Virus record (IMG/VR): IMGVR_UViG_2923350032_000001
Coordinates: 1 to 64,000 of that record
Origin: a virus
Lineage: Duplodnaviria; Heunggongvirae; Uroviricota; Caudoviricetes
DNA length: 64,000 nt
Strand: one strand, 5' to 3'
Shown here: in pieces, positions 12,174 through 23,269 of the stretch
How the letters are laid out: each line of letters begins with the position of its first letter
Numbering within the stretch: the first letter of the stretch is position 1
Position numbers and translations under genes: made by a program
The notes under the pieces: model-generated
Databases searched by the model: none
The model's input: only the letters and a program-made list of their open reading frames with translations
Told to the model about the DNA's origin: nothing

Positions 12174-13025
12174 TTATTGCGCGCTTTCGGGGTTGTCGTT
12201 TACTGGCTGCCCCTTCTTAGTTTTACGACTGCGCGTAACTGATGCGGCTGATTTGACCTTTTTCTCTTCGCGAGTGATGGCAATTTGTTTTTTTACATTT
12301 TCAATATCTGCCAGGCGATATATTTTTGCCTGCGGCCAGCGGTCGCAGATGATCGGTTCTATGGAGTCATAAAGGCTAAATTTTGCTTTTTCGAATTCAC
12401 CGTTGATGATAATTCCATCACGGAGAGTTTCATCGCAGATAAACACGCCACACAGTGGCACATGGTAACTAACTGATTTACCATCATTGTAGTTAGGGCT
12501 ACTGGAAATGTAGTGGACGCGCAGCATTGTTTCGCTAAAGCCGTGTACGCGCATACGGAATTTTTCATCCTCCGGGTACTGCTTCATTAGCTCTTTTGTT
12601 GCTTCCAGGTTCTCTATGTATTTCGCACTGTGCTCATTGATCCCCGCGCTTTTTTGGATGCGAATGTCCTTATCAATCAGATGAATAATGCGGCCAGCGG
12701 TCATGTTGACGCTGTTCACAGCCTCTGTCTGATAAGTTGTAACCTTACGCACACCGCGAAGGATGTTAGGCACTGGATATAAAATAGTCTTTGGGATATT
12801 GAGGTCTGGGTACTGTTCCAGTTCCCGCGCCATTAAAGTCCATTTATCAATTTCAGCCTGAATGCTGTCAGTTTCTTTGAACGGTAGAACGACAACCGGG
12901 CGTACAGGACGACCGTCGCTGGCTGTATCAACGTGTTGGGCGCGTGCAACAGCTTTTTTTAGAAAGAGATCCCTGAAGCTGACGAACTCCTGGTACAGTT
13001 GTTCGCCGTAGACATAATTTATCAT
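12174..13025 (-). CDS. c1: C1 repressor of lysis
   Basis: 283-aa ORF MINYVYGEQLYQEFVSFRDLFLKK... matches remembered P1 C1. Confidence 0.95.
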   Translation of the reverse strand: MINYVYGEQLYQEFVSFRDLFLKKAVARAQHVDTASDGRPVRPVVVLPFKETDSIQAEIDKWTLMARELEQYPDLNIPKTILYPVPNILRGVRKVTTYQTEAVNSVNMTAGRIIHLIDKDIRIQKSAGINEHSAKYIENLEATKELMKQYPEDEKFRMRVHGFSETMLRVHYISSSPNYNDGKSVSYHVPLCGVFICDETLRDGIIINGEFEKAKFSLYDSIEPIICDRWPQAKIYRLADIENVKKQIAITREEKKVKSAASVTRSRKTKKGQPVNDNPESAQ

Positions 13026-13119
13026 TGATCCTCCTCCAGAATTGACATGGCCAATAACGCCCGGCTGAGAAAACCGGTCATTACTGACCTATATTATAGA
13101 GGGATCAAACAAAAATAAT

Positions 13120-13136
13120 AGATTTATTAGTGCATT
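13120..13136 (-). promoter_or_regulatory. Weak C1 operator-like site between coi and c1
   Basis: 14/17 match to reverse-complement consensus. Confidence 0.3.
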
Positions 13137-13345
13137 TATTGTGAGTCTAACTGGTTAGTTGCCATGAGATATTCGATTGTGTCAGTGAGGTCATCCAGGT
13201 CGTCTTGGGTGATGCGGTACTCCTGATTGGATATCTTTGAGTAGTGTTCAGCAATGGCGCGGGCAGCGTCGGTTTCGGCAGGGTCTACAGATAAAGCGTT
13301 AGAGCAATGTCTAACGTCGTCGATGGTTGGTTGAATGAAAGCCAT
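13136..13345 (-). CDS. coi: Coi, C1 inactivator
   Basis: 69-aa ORF immediately upstream of c1 on the same strand. Confidence 0.85.
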   Translation of the reverse strand: MAFIQPTIDDVRHCSNALSVDPAETDAARAIAEHYSKISNQEYRITQDDLDDLTDTIEYLMATNQLDSQ

Positions 13346-13583
13346 AATTATGCCTCACTGTATTGACAACACAGAGCCTGAAGCTCTGACCTACTGTTTC
13401 ACCCATGATCCATGCTGGGGTAATCTAACAACATTGCGCTGTGTGTAAGATGAGCAATGCATAGCTGTAATGCCGTTGTATAAGGTTTCCCTGTTTGCTC
13501 ATTTCCTTCTGAGCCGCTCTACAACGCTGAAGACACATTAAATAGTGAATCCAAAGTCGTATTACGTAACGGCGGCAAAACTA

Positions 13584-13600
13584 TAATTTATTAGAGCAAT
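13584..13600 (-). promoter_or_regulatory. C1 operator (reverse orientation)
   Basis: TAATTTATTAGAGCAAT, 16/17 to reverse-complement consensus. Confidence 0.7.
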
Positions 13601-13666
13601 TGTCAAACAACTATGAAAAACAATCCAGTTTTTGGTTGGTGGAGTGGGATTTTTCTCTCAAAATTT

Positions 13667-13683
13667 ATTGCTCTAATAATTCT
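13667..13683 (+). promoter_or_regulatory. C1 operator
   Basis: ATTGCTCTAATAATTCT; first 13 positions match consensus. Confidence 0.6.
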
Positions 13684-13726
13684 TGATTTTTATGCGCAGC
13701 TGGACGTAAACTCCTCTTCAGACCTA

Positions 13727-13760
13727 ATAACTTCGTATAGCATACATTATACGAAGTTAT
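13727..13760 (+). other. loxP: loxP recombination site
   Basis: Exact ATAACTTCGTATA-GCATACAT-TATACGAAGTTAT, 435 bp upstream of cre. Confidence 0.98.
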
Positions 13761-14178
13761 CTTAAGGGTTATTGAACATGATCAATTTACCTGTAAATCC
13801 ATACAGTTCAATACCTTATCAGGTCAAATAGTGATCACTTGATCATTTGATCAAGGTTGCGCTACGTAAAATCTGCGAAATGTTGGCAGTGTTAGTGCTC
13901 CAGATTTTGCGTAGCGCACTTAGCACCACCAATCAATCAGAGGTGAAAAATGGGATATTCAGCTGCTAAAGTGTCCACTCATATTGAGCTTGAGAAAAAC
14001 CGTGGTTACTGGCGGGCAAAAGGGTTTGATCGTGATAGTTGTCAACTGTCATTATCGCGCGGTGAAGAGAAAATAGAGCGCACGCGCGGTCGCTGGCGTT
14101 TCTATGACGAGAACCATAAACAGGTAAAGGCAGAGCCGATCCTGTACACTTTACTTAAAACCATTATCTGAGTGTTAA

Positions 14179-15210
14179 ATGTCCAATTTACTGACCGTAC
14201 ACCAAAATTTGCCTGCATTACCGGTCGATGCAACGAGTGATGAGGTTCGCAAGAACCTGATGGACATGTTCAGGGATCGCCAGGCGTTTTCTGAGCATAC
14301 CTGGAAAATGCTTCTGTCCGTTTGCCGGTCGTGGGCGGCATGGTGCAAGTTGAATAACCGGAAATGGTTTCCCGCAGAACCTGAAGATGTTCGCGATTAT
14401 CTTCTATATCTTCAGGCGCGCGGTCTGGCAGTAAAAACTATCCAGCAACATTTGGGCCAGCTAAACATGCTTCATCGTCGGTCCGGGCTGCCACGACCAA
14501 GTGACAGTAATGCTGTTTCACTGGTCATGCGACGGATCCGAAAAGAAAACGTTGATGCCGGTGAACGTGCAAAACAGGCTCTAGCGTTCGAACGCACTGA
14601 TTTCGACCAGGTTCGTTCACTCATGGAAAATAGCGATCGCTGCCAGGATATACGTAATCTGGCATTTCTGGGGATTGCTTATAACACCCTGTTACGTATA
14701 GCCGAAATTACCAGGATCAGGGTTAAAGATATCTCACGTACTGACGGTGGGAGAATGTTAATTCATATTGGCAGAACGAAAACGCTGGTTAGCACCGCAG
14801 GTGTAGAGAAGGCACTTAGCCTGGGGGTAACTAAACTGGTCGAGCGATGGATTTCCGTCTCTGGTGTAGCTGATGATCCGAATAACTACCTGTTTTGCCG
14901 GGTCAGAAAAAATGGTGTTGCCGCGCCATCTGCCACCAGCCAGCTATCAACTCGCGCCCTGGAAGGGATTTTTGAAGCAACTCATCGATTGATTTACGGC
15001 GCTAAGGATGACTCTGGTCAGAGATACCTGGCCTGGTCTGGACACAGTGCCCGTGTCGGAGCCGCGCGAGATATGGCCCGCGCCGGAGTTTCAATACCGG
15101 AGATCATGCAAGCTGGTGGCTGGACCAACGTAAATATTGTCATGAACTATATCCGTAACCTGGATAGTGAAACAGGGGCAATGGTGCGCCTGCTGGAAGA
15201 TGGCGATTAG
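14179..15210 (+). CDS. cre: Cre site-specific tyrosine recombinase
   Basis: 343-aa ORF MSNLLTVHQNLPALPVDATSDEVRKNLMDMFRDRQAFSEHTWK... matches remembered P1 Cre. Confidence 0.98.
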   Translation: MSNLLTVHQNLPALPVDATSDEVRKNLMDMFRDRQAFSEHTWKMLLSVCRSWAAWCKLNNRKWFPAEPEDVRDYLLYLQARGLAVKTIQQHLGQLNMLHRRSGLPRPSDSNAVSLVMRRIRKENVDAGERAKQALAFERTDFDQVRSLMENSDRCQDIRNLAFLGIAYNTLLRIAEITRIRVKDISRTDGGRMLIHIGRTKTLVSTAGVEKALSLGVTKLVERWISVSGVADDPNNYLFCRVRKNGVAAPSATSQLSTRALEGIFEATHRLIYGAKDDSGQRYLAWSGHSARVGAARDMARAGVSIPEIMQAGGWTNVNIVMNYIRNLDSETGAMVRLLEDGD

Positions 15211-15227
15211 CCATTAACGCGTAAATG

Positions 15228-15244
15228 ATTGCTCTAATTCTTTG
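15228..15244 (+). promoter_or_regulatory. C1 operator-like site upstream of cra
   Basis: ATTGCTCTAATTCTTTG, 11-bp core match. Confidence 0.5.
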
Positions 15245-15260
15245 ATATTTATGGTGACAT

Positions 15261-15572
15261 ATGAGAAAGGATTTCAACATCGACGGAAAATATGTAGTGC
15301 TGTCTGTAAGCACTAATATTCAGTCGCCAGCCGTCATTGTCACTGTAAAGCTGAGCGATAGAATGCCTGATATTGATTCAATATCCATTGCGTTCCCTGT
15401 CAAAAGTATGCGTGGTGCTGAACATTTCGTGATGAATGCCACCGAGGAAGAAGCACGGCGCGGTTTTGCTAAAGTGATGTCTGAGTTTGGCGAATTTTTG
15501 GGGCACGTTGACAAAGCCCTTTCAATCAGTTCAGCAAGATCCAAAGCGTTAACAGCTTCCATGATGAAATAA
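15261..15572 (+). CDS. cra: Hypothetical protein in the P1 cra position
   Basis: 103-aa ORF between cre and ref, preceded by an operator-like site; a mirror ORF on the other strand was rejected. Confidence 0.45.
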   Translation: MRKDFNIDGKYVVLSVSTNIQSPAVIVTVKLSDRMPDIDSISIAFPVKSMRGAEHFVMNATEEEARRGFAKVMSEFGEFLGHVDKALSISSARSKALTASMMK

Positions 15573-15704
15573 AAAAAAGCCTGGCAAGGAGCCAGGCTGC
15601 ACAAAAGAGCGGGTTTGTATTCCGCATCCAATCAATCAAGAAGGAGTATAGCACACAGGTACTGAAGTGAAAAAATGTGATTCGCGATAAACAAAATATC
15701 TACC

Positions 15705-15721
15705 ATTGCTCTAATTGATTG
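15705..15721 (+). promoter_or_regulatory. C1 operator upstream of ref
   Basis: ATTGCTCTAATTGATTG about 100 bp upstream of the ref start. Confidence 0.6.
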
Positions 15722-15820
15722 TTATAATTGAGCCGCAGTTTTTGTCAACTACGAAGACGTTGCCATTACTTCACTCCTTGACATCATTGGCGGCCATTAG
15801 GCCGCCTTTTTTTTGACCAT

Positions 15821-16396
15821 ATGAAAACAATCGAACAAAAAATTGAACAGTGCCGCAAGTGGCAGAAGGCAGCCAGAGAACGAGCGATCGCTCGGCAACG
15901 GGAGAAGTTGGCTGATCCGGTCTGGCGAGAATCTCAATATCAGAAAATGCGGGATACTATCGACCGCCGTATCGCTAAACAGAAAGAGCGCCCACCAGCC
16001 AGCAAAACGCGGAAAAGTGCGGTAAAAATAAAATCTCGTGGCTTGAAGGGACGAACACCGACGGCAGAGGAACGGCACATAGCCAATGCTCTTGGCGCTC
16101 TCCCCTGCATTGCGTGCTATATGCATGGAGTAATATCTGAAGAGGTGTCTCTGCACCATATTTCCGGTCGTACCGCGCCTGGTTGTCACAAAAAGCAATT
16201 GCCACTTTGTAGATGGCACCACCAGCATGCAGCACCGGCTGAAGTAAGAGCAAAATACCCCTGGCTGGTCCCTGTTCATGCCGATGGTGTGGTTGGAGGC
16301 AAGAAAGAATTCACCCTGCTGAACAAGTCAGAGATGGAGTTACTGGCTGACGCCTATGAGGGGTCGTCTCAGAAAACGGAAAATAAAGCACGCTAA
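15821..16396 (+). CDS. ref: Ref, recombination enhancement function (HNH endonuclease), 3' end replaced by transposon sequence
   Basis: 191-aa [29 protein letters not shown]... with Cys/His HNH motifs; the last 11 codons and stop lie inside the Tn21-family inverted repeat. Confidence 0.85.
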   Translation: MKTIEQKIEQCRKWQKAARERAIARQREKLADPVWRESQYQKMRDTIDRRIAKQKERPPASKTRKSAVKIKSRGLKGRTPTAEERHIANALGALPCIACYMHGVISEEVSLHHISGRTAPGCHKKQLPLCRWHHQHAAPAEVRAKYPWLVPVHADGVVGGKKEFTLLNKSEMELLADAYEGSSQKTENKAR

Positions 16397-16397
16397 G
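16360..16397. repeat. Tn21-family 38-bp terminal inverted repeat
   Basis: GGGGTCGTCTCAGAAAACGGAAAATAAAGCACGCTAAG. Confidence 0.85.
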
Positions 16398-19359
16398 CCG
16401 GTTGCAGAGGCCGTAGCGGCCTGAACTTCCCCGCGCCGATCTTGGCGCTGCTGCGCCATAGGTAATCACCGGTCAGGTTGATGTGCTCCCAGCCGAGTGG
16501 CGACAGGTACTGCAATAGCGAGTCATCGACGGCATGACCATTGCCGCGCAACGCATGCGCCGCACGCTCCAGGTAGACCGTGTTCCACAGCACGATGGCC
16601 GCCGTCACCAGGTTGAGGCCGCTGGCCCGGTAGCGCTGCTGCTCGAAACTGCGGTCACGGATTTCACCAAGGCGGTTGAAGAACACGGCACGGGCCAGCG
16701 CATTGCGCGCCTCGCCCTTGTTCAGCCCGGCATGCACGCGGCGGCGTAGCTCGACGCTTTGCAGCCAGTCGAGGATGAACAGCGTGCGCTCGATGCGGCC
16801 CAACTCGCGCAGCGCGACGGCCAAGCCGTTCTGGCGCGGGTAGCTGCCGAGTTTCCTGAGCATCAGCGAGGCCGTCACCGTGCCCTGCTTGATCGAGGTG
16901 GCCAGCCGCAGGATTTCGTCCCAATGGGCGCGGACGTGCTTGATGTTGAGCGTGCCGCCGATCATCGGCTTGAGCGCGTCATAGGCGGCATCGCCCTTCG
17001 GGATGTAGAGCTTGGTGTCGCCCAGGTCGCGGATGCGCGGCGCGAAGCGGAAGCCCAAGAGGTGCATCAGGGCGAAGACGTGATCGGTGAAGCCCGCCGT
17101 GTCGGTGTAGTGCTCCTCGATCCGCAGGTCGGATTCGTGGTACAGCAGGCCGTCGAGCACGTAGGTTGAGTCGCGCAGGCCGACATTGACCACCTTGGTG
17201 TGGAATGGCGCGTATTGGTCGGAGATGTGGGTGTAGAAAGTCCGTCCTGGGCTGCTGCCATATTTTGGGTTGATGTGCCCCGTGCTCTTTGCCTTGCTAG
17301 CGGTTCGGAAATTCTGTCCGTCCGATGATGATGTGGTGCCATCGCCCCAGTGCCCGGCAAAGGGATGCCGAAACTGAGCGTTGACCAGTTCAGCCAACGC
17401 TGTCGAGTACGTTTCGTCGCGGGTATGCCAGGCTTGCAGCCAAGCGAGCTTCGCGTAGGTCGTGCCGGGGCAGGACTCGGCCATCTTGGTCAGGCCCAGG
17501 TTGATCGCGTCGGCCAGGATCGTGGTCAACAACAGGTTCTTGTCCTTGGCCAGATCGCCCGATTTCAAGTGCGTGAAGTGCCGGGTGAAGCCCGTCCACT
17601 CATCGACTTCGAGCAGCAGTTCGGTGATCTTGACGTGCGGCAGGACCATGGCTGTCTGGTCTATCAGCGCCTGCGCGGTGTCGGGCACCGCCGCATCCAG
17701 CGGCGTGATCTTCAAGCCCGACTCGGTGATGATGGCATCCGGCAGGTCGTTGGCTGCCGCCATGCGGTTGACGGTGGCAAGTTGTGCTTCCAGCAGCGTC
17801 AGCCGCTCATGCAGATATTGTTCGCAGTCGGTGGCCACGGCCAGCGGCAATTCGCTGGACTGCTTGAGGCTGGTGAACTTCTCGGGCGGTACCAGGTAGT
17901 CCTCGAAGTCCTTGAACTGGCGTGAACCCTGCACCCAGATGTCGCCCGAGCGCAGGGAGTTCTTCAACTCGGACAGCGCGCACAGTTCGTAGTAGCGCCG
18001 GTCGATGCCGGCGTCGGTCATCACCAGTTTCTGCCAGCGCGGCTTGATGAAGCCGGTCGGTGCATCGGCTGGCAGCTTGCGGGCGTTGTCGGTGTTCATG
18101 CCGCGCAGCACCTCAATGGCATCAAGCACGTTTTTGGCGGCGGGCGCGGCCCGCAGCTTGAGCACGGCAAGGAATTCCGGTGCATAGCGGCGCAGGGTGG
18201 CGTAGCTCTCGCCGATGCGATGCAGGAAATCGAAGTCATCGGGTTGCGCGAGCTTCTGCGCCTCGGTGACGCTCTCGGCAAAGGAATCCCAGGACATGAC
18301 GGCCTCGATGGCGGCAAACGCATCGCGGCCTGATTGCTTGGCGTCGATCAGCGCCTGACCGATGCGCCCGTACAGACGTACCTTGGCGTTGATGGCCTTG
18401 CCTGACGCCTGGAACTGCTGCTGATGCTTATTCTTGGCAGCGTTAAACAGCTTACCCAGGATGCGGTCGTGCAGGTCGATGATTTCGTCGGTGACGGTGG
18501 CCATGCCCTCGGTGGCCAGCGCCACGAGAGTGGCGTAGCGCCGTTGCGGCTCGAATTTGGCCAGGTCGGCGGGTGTCATCTGGCCGCCCTCGCGGGCAAT
18601 CTTGAGCAGGCGGTTCTGGTGAACCAGCCGCTCGATGCCGGTAGGCAGATCGAGTGCCTGCCATGCCTTGAGGCGTTCGATGTGTTCCAGCATATGCCGC
18701 GAATTTGGCTTGGCCGGAGACTGGCGCAACCAAGCCAACCAGGTCGTCTTGCCGTTGTCCCGGCGCTTGAGCAGATCGTCGAGGCGGCGGCGATGCGCGT
18801 CCGCCAGTGGTTCGGCCAAGGCGTCGTAGATGCGCCGGTTAGCACGGGTGATCGCCTCTGCACTCGCCCGCTCGACGGCGTTGAGGGCGGGCAGAATGAC
18901 CGACTGCCGCCGCAGGTGCCCGATCAAGGCGCTGGCCAGCACGATGCCTTTGTCGGTTTGCATCGCCAGCTCGGTCAGCATCTGGACGGCCTGCCGGTAA
19001 TGGCTCATGGTGAAGGGCCGGAAACCGAACACGGTTTGCAGCTCGCTCAGGTGCTCGCGCCGGGTCTGCTCCCGCTGGCCGTACTCGTTCCAGCTTTCGA
19101 CGCCGACCTTGAGCTGGTCGGCGACCAGCTTCAACAAGGGCGGGAACGGTAGTTCATCGACGCCCAGGATGACGCCGGGAAAGCGCAGGTAACAGAGCTG
19201 CACCGCGAAGCCCAGCCGATTGGCTGGCCCGCGCCGCTGTCGGATGATCGAGAGGTCGGTATCGTTGAATGTGTAATGTCGGATCAGGTCGTCCTTGGAG
19301 TCCGGCAACGCCAGCAGGCTTTCCCGCTCGGCGGCGGACAGGATGGAACGACGTGGCAT
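16393..19359 (-). CDS. tnpA: Tn3-family transposase TnpA (Tn21-like)
   Basis: 988-aa [34 protein letters not shown]... Confidence 0.95.
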   Translation of the reverse strand: MPRRSILSAAERESLLALPDSKDDLIRHYTFNDTDLSIIRQRRGPANRLGFAVQLCYLRFPGVILGVDELPFPPLLKLVADQLKVGVESWNEYGQREQTRREHLSELQTVFGFRPFTMSHYRQAVQMLTELAMQTDKGIVLASALIGHLRRQSVILPALNAVERASAEAITRANRRIYDALAEPLADAHRRRLDDLLKRRDNGKTTWLAWLRQSPAKPNSRHMLEHIERLKAWQALDLPTGIERLVHQNRLLKIAREGGQMTPADLAKFEPQRRYATLVALATEGMATVTDEIIDLHDRILGKLFNAAKNKHQQQFQASGKAINAKVRLYGRIGQALIDAKQSGRDAFAAIEAVMSWDSFAESVTEAQKLAQPDDFDFLHRIGESYATLRRYAPEFLAVLKLRAAPAAKNVLDAIEVLRGMNTDNARKLPADAPTGFIKPRWQKLVMTDAGIDRRYYELCALSELKNSLRSGDIWVQGSRQFKDFEDYLVPPEKFTSLKQSSELPLAVATDCEQYLHERLTLLEAQLATVNRMAAANDLPDAIITESGLKITPLDAAVPDTAQALIDQTAMVLPHVKITELLLEVDEWTGFTRHFTHLKSGDLAKDKNLLLTTILADAINLGLTKMAESCPGTTYAKLAWLQAWHTRDETYSTALAELVNAQFRHPFAGHWGDGTTSSSDGQNFRTASKAKSTGHINPKYGSSPGRTFYTHISDQYAPFHTKVVNVGLRDSTYVLDGLLYHESDLRIEEHYTDTAGFTDHVFALMHLLGFRFAPRIRDLGDTKLYIPKGDAAYDALKPMIGGTLNIKHVRAHWDEILRLATSIKQGTVTASLMLRKLGSYPRQNGLAVALRELGRIERTLFILDWLQSVELRRRVHAGLNKGEARNALARAVFFNRLGEIRDRSFEQQRYRASGLNLVTAAIVLWNTVYLERAAHALRGNGHAVDDSLLQYLSPLGWEHINLTGDYLWRSSAKIGAGKFRPLRPLQPA

Positions 19360-19361
19360 AT

Positions 19362-19922
19362 TTACTGATCCGTTCTCAAGTATTGATACAGGGTTTCGCG
19401 ACTGATTCCGAATTCACGAGCAAGCTTGGTCTTTTGCTCGCCAGCCTCGATACGTTGGCGCAGTTCGGCAATACGCTCAGACGACAGGGATTTCTTCCTG
19501 CCACGGTAAGCCCCGCGTTGCTTGGCGAGCGCAATACCCTCGCGCTGACGCTCGCGGATCAGGGCGCGCTCGAACTCGGCGAACGCGCCCATCACCGAGA
19601 GCATCAGGTTCGCCATCGGAGAGTCTTCGCCAGTAAAACTGAGGTGTTCCTTGACGAATTCGATATGCACGCCGCGTTGTGTCAGCGTTTGCACGATCCG
19701 GCGCAAATCATCGAGATTGCGCGCCAGGCGATCCATGCTATGCACCACCACGGTGTCGCCGGTGCGGGCGAAGCTTATCAGCGCTTCCAGTTGCGGACGC
19801 TTGACATCCTTGCCGGATGCCTTGTCGCTAAAAGCGCGATCAACCTTGACGCCTTCCAGTTGCCGTTCCGGGTTCTGGTCGAAGGTGCTGACCCTGATAT
19901 ACCCAATGCGCTGTCCAGTCAT
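19362..19922 (-). CDS. tnpR: Serine resolvase TnpR (Tn21-like)
   Basis: 186-aa [24 protein letters not shown]... with C-terminal HTH. Confidence 0.95.
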   Translation of the reverse strand: MTGQRIGYIRVSTFDQNPERQLEGVKVDRAFSDKASGKDVKRPQLEALISFARTGDTVVVHSMDRLARNLDDLRRIVQTLTQRGVHIEFVKEHLSFTGEDSPMANLMLSVMGAFAEFERALIRERQREGIALAKQRGAYRGRKKSLSSERIAELRQRIEAGEQKTKLAREFGISRETLYQYLRTDQ

Positions 19923-20060
19923 GGAATTCCCTGCAAAATGTCAGGGAAGACTCTATGACCTTCAACGAGATATGTCAATAAATTCAAAATTCAATCCTAT
20001 CCTGACGCAATTTACACATGGCATCTGACATCAGGTTAGGGTATGCCTCAACCTGACGGC
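19923..20060. other. res: Probable res (resolution) site of the Tn21-family element
   Basis: Located immediately upstream of tnpR with TGTCA-type subsites. Confidence 0.45.
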
Positions 20061-20154
20061 GGCGAATCACAAGCGTCCGGTTTGACGCTGGTTTCGGTCG
20101 CAGTGCTGGCCCGCGCCTGGAAGCGCTGATAGCACTCCAGCCCGCAGAAATGCT

Positions 20155-20432
20155 GGCACTGTTGCAAATAGTCGGTGGTGATAAACTTATCATCCCCTTT
20201 TGCTGATGGAGCTGCACATGAACCCATTCAAAGGCCGGCATTTTCAGCGTGACATCATTCTGTGGGCCGTACGCTGGTACTGCAAATACGGCATCAGTTA
20301 CCGTGAGCTGCAGGAGATGCTGGCTGAACGCGGAGTGAATGTCGATCACTCCACGATTTACCGCTGGGTTCAGCGTTATGCGCCTGAAATGGAAAAACGG
20401 CTGCGCTGGTACTGGCGTAACCCTTCCGATCT
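20155..20432 (+). mobile_element. Truncated IS26 (first 278 bp: IR plus 5' part of tnpA)
   Basis: 14-bp IR GGCACTGTTGCAAA at 20155-20168; tnpA N-terminal 72 codons identical to the complete copy, then abrupt junction. Confidence 0.9.
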
Positions 20433-21252
20433 GGCACTGTTGCAAAGTTAGCGATGAGGCAGCCTTTTGTCTTATTCAAAGGCCTTACATTTCAAAAACT
20501 CTGCTTACCAGGCGCATTTCGCCCAGGGGATCACCATAATAAAATGCTGAGGCCTGGCCTTTGCGTAGTGCACGCATCACCTCAATACCTTTGATGGTGG
20601 CGTAAGCCGTCTTCATGGATTTAAATCCCAGCGTGGCGTTGATTATCCGTTTCAGTTTGCCATGATCGCATTCAATCACGTTGTTCCGGTACTTAATCTG
20701 TCGGTGTTCAACGTCAGACGGGCACCGGCCTTCGCGTTTGAGCAGAGCAAGCGCGCGACCATAGGCGGGCGCTTTATCCGTGTTGATGAATCGTGGGATC
20801 TGCCACTTCTTCACGTTGTTGAGGATTTTACCCAGAAACCGGTATGCAGCTTTGCTGTTACGACGGGAGGAGAGATAAAAATCGACAGTGCGGCCCCGGC
20901 TGTCGACGGCCCGGTACAGATACGCCCAGCGGCCATTGACCTTCACGTAGGTTTCATCCATGTGCCACGGGCAAAGATCGGAAGGGTTACGCCAGTACCA
21001 GCGCAGCCGTTTTTCCATTTCAGGCGCATAACGCTGAACCCAGCGGTAAATCGTGGAGTGATCGACATTCACTCCGCGTTCAGCCAGCATCTCCTGCAGC
21101 TCACGGTAACTGATGCCGTATTTGCAGTACCAGCGTACGGCCCACAGAATGATGTCACGCTGAAAATGCCGGCCTTTGAATGGGTTCATGTGCAGCTCCA
21201 TCAGCAAAAGGGGATGATAAGTTTATCACCACCGACTATTTGCAACAGTGCC
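20433..21252 (-). mobile_element. Complete IS26 (820 bp, IS6 family)
   Basis: 14-bp IRs at 20433-20446 and 21239-21252; internal 234-codon transposase. Confidence 0.95.
20485..21189 (-). CDS. tnpA: IS26 transposase
   Basis: [34 protein letters not shown]... 234 aa; the ORF-track N-terminal extension MLMELH is rejected. Confidence 0.95.
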   Translation of the reverse strand: MNPFKGRHFQRDIILWAVRWYCKYGISYRELQEMLAERGVNVDHSTIYRWVQRYAPEMEKRLRWYWRNPSDLCPWHMDETYVKVNGRWAYLYRAVDSRGRTVDFYLSSRRNSKAAYRFLGKILNNVKKWQIPRFINTDKAPAYGRALALLKREGRCPSDVEHRQIKYRNNVIECDHGKLKRIINATLGFKSMKTAYATIKGIEVMRALRKGQASAFYYGDPLGEMRLVSRVFEM

Positions 21253-21266
21253 CCATATCAGCCCCC

Positions 21267-21857
<591 letters not shown>

Positions 21858-21963
21858 TTAACTGATTCTACGAGATGTCATTTGTCCATTGTGCCAACTG
21901 TTATTATGGATATCGTAATTCGTACGAATCGCGCTGTTACAGGATGTATAGCAACCTTAATAA

Positions 21964-23196
21964 TTATTTGAATATATCGGTTATAGTTGGGTAATTATAC
22001 ATCTTAAGCTTATCTCTAAATTTCATAGAAAATATAGGGTCTACCTTACATCTCTGTGAGAGCTTTGCAAGCCTTAGCTCCCTCTCTTTCATAATATCTT
22101 TGTATTCTCTATCAATACTCTCCTGAATTTGCTGATTCTCAACAGGAGACGGTTTTGTAATTTTATCCCATTGATAAGTTGGATTCTCAGTGTAATTTAA
22201 ATCATCATTTTGAAGTAATTTCTCAAGATGAGACATAGCATTTTCATATAGCATTCTATCTTGGGGCAACATACTTGCAACACGCACTTCGCTTTCAATT
22301 TCCGATACTATCATTTCAAGTTGACGTTTTTCCATCGCTATAGCTACACGGAATGGAAACAGGGCTTCTTGCTTAATCATTTGACAATTCACATTATTGT
22401 TTATGTCACTAAGTAATTTTACAAATGAGAACTTCGCTAAAGGCTGCTGATTTATGACACTCTGTCTAACTGGCATTGTGTAGCTCGGTGTTTTTTCAAG
22501 TGTTTTCTTCACTTGCTCTATAGCAACATTAGGAGTTTTGAGAACAGTCTTTGCTGGAATACGTAGCACCATAAACCCCTCCTTTATTGAATATTCATCA
22601 CGAATACGATCTCGCTCTATTTGTTCAGGGGATGAATGCCATGCTGCACCATCAATTTCTATAATTTGGCGTCCATTTACGACAAAATCAAAACGATAAC
22701 GCTTATAGGGCACTTGCATTTCAAGCACTAAGTCAGGAGAAACTAACATTCCAGATTTAGGTTTAAGATTAAACTCTGCAACCATTTTACGAAGAAATGC
22801 CTCCTCAGCCGGAGATTCGCAACCTTTGCAAAATATATCAAGCCAGTTTTCTGCGTCAGCGTCAACAGTTTGCCACCATGCTAACAGTCCGCGTCGGTGT
22901 CCATATAATCGTTCATCTGACGGTTTTGTTAATGGCTTTGTTAACGGTTTAATTAAGGGTTCATTTAACGGCTTATTTAACGGATTTAATAACGATTCAT
23001 TTAATGGTTTGATTGACGGTCTATTTGACGACTCAATCGGTGGTTTAGATGATGATTTGTTTTTTTTATCAAAACCTACGATAGTTATATATGCTACATA
23101 TAGCATCATGCCTGCAACAGGCCATACACATGGATAAATCACGTAACACAACAGTAATAGAACAATAGTCCCAAAAAATGTTAACTTCTTCCGCAT
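21964..23196 (-). CDS. Membrane-anchored protein with Pro-rich tetrapeptide repeats and a DUF559/Vsr-like endonuclease-fold domain
   Basis: 410 aa; N-terminal TM helices; PLNKPLNEPLIKPLTKPLTKP repeats; motif IEIDGAAWHSS...RDRIRDEY...GFMVLRI; low-GC gene. Confidence 0.55.
   Translation of the reverse strand: MRKKLTFFGTIVLLLLCYVIYPCVWPVAGMMLYVAYITIVGFDKKNKSSSKPPIESSNRPSIKPLNESLLNPLNKPLNEPLIKPLTKPLTKPSDERLYGHRRGLLAWWQTVDADAENWLDIFCKGCESPAEEAFLRKMVAEFNLKPKSGMLVSPDLVLEMQVPYKRYRFDFVVNGRQIIEIDGAAWHSSPEQIERDRIRDEYSIKEGFMVLRIPAKTVLKTPNVAIEQVKKTLEKTPSYTMPVRQSVINQQPLAKFSFVKLLSDINNNVNCQMIKQEALFPFRVAIAMEKRQLEMIVSEIESEVRVASMLPQDRMLYENAMSHLEKLLQNDDLNYTENPTYQWDKITKPSPVENQQIQESIDREYKDIMKERELRLAKLSQRCKVDPIFSMKFRDKLKMYNYPTITDIFK
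22922..23030. repeat. Imperfect 12-bp tandem repeat array (about 9 units) inside ORF 21964-23196
   Basis: Units GGNTTNNTTAAY repeated head to tail; encodes the Pro-rich tetrapeptide repeats. Confidence 0.7.
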
Positions 23197-23269
23197 ACCA
23201 AACTCTTTGCATCAATAAAGGGGGCTGGCTTATATAATCAAATCACATGCCCGAAATAAAAGATGACCA

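Larger units (their letters stand above)
16360..20154 (-). mobile_element. Tn21-family (Tn3 superfamily) transposon remnant: IR-tnpA-tnpR-res, truncated by IS26
   Basis: 38-bp IR, 988-aa TnpA, 186-aa serine resolvase, res region; GC about 65 percent; other end absent. Confidence 0.85.

Noticed and set aside
13950-14171. 73-aa ORF between loxP and cre
   Set aside because: It lies in the cre promoter region with clustered GATC sites and I do not recall a P1 gene here; left unannotated.
15320-15631. 103-aa minus-strand ORF mirroring the cra-position ORF
   Set aside because: The operator and gene orientation favour the plus-strand ORF; a minus-strand hairpin plus T-run at about 15577-15603 lies inside this ORF.
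16534-19958. Numerous plus-strand ORFs of 60-240 aa inside tnpA and tnpR (for example 18424-19152, 19269-19958)
   Set aside because: Antisense to well-supported transposase and resolvase genes in 65 percent GC DNA, where long spurious ORFs are expected.
20200-20451. 83-aa ORF listed as an independent gene
   Set aside because: It is the N-terminal portion of the IS26 transposase inside a truncated IS26 copy.
21190-21207. N-terminal extension (MLMELH) of the IS26 transposase in the ORF track
   Set aside because: The upstream in-frame ATG lies in the IS26 terminal repeat; the known start is MNPFKG.
16400-21252. Search for antibiotic-resistance genes or an integron in the Tn21/IS26 region
   Set aside because: No integrase, resistance cassette or mer gene is present; only transposition functions were found.
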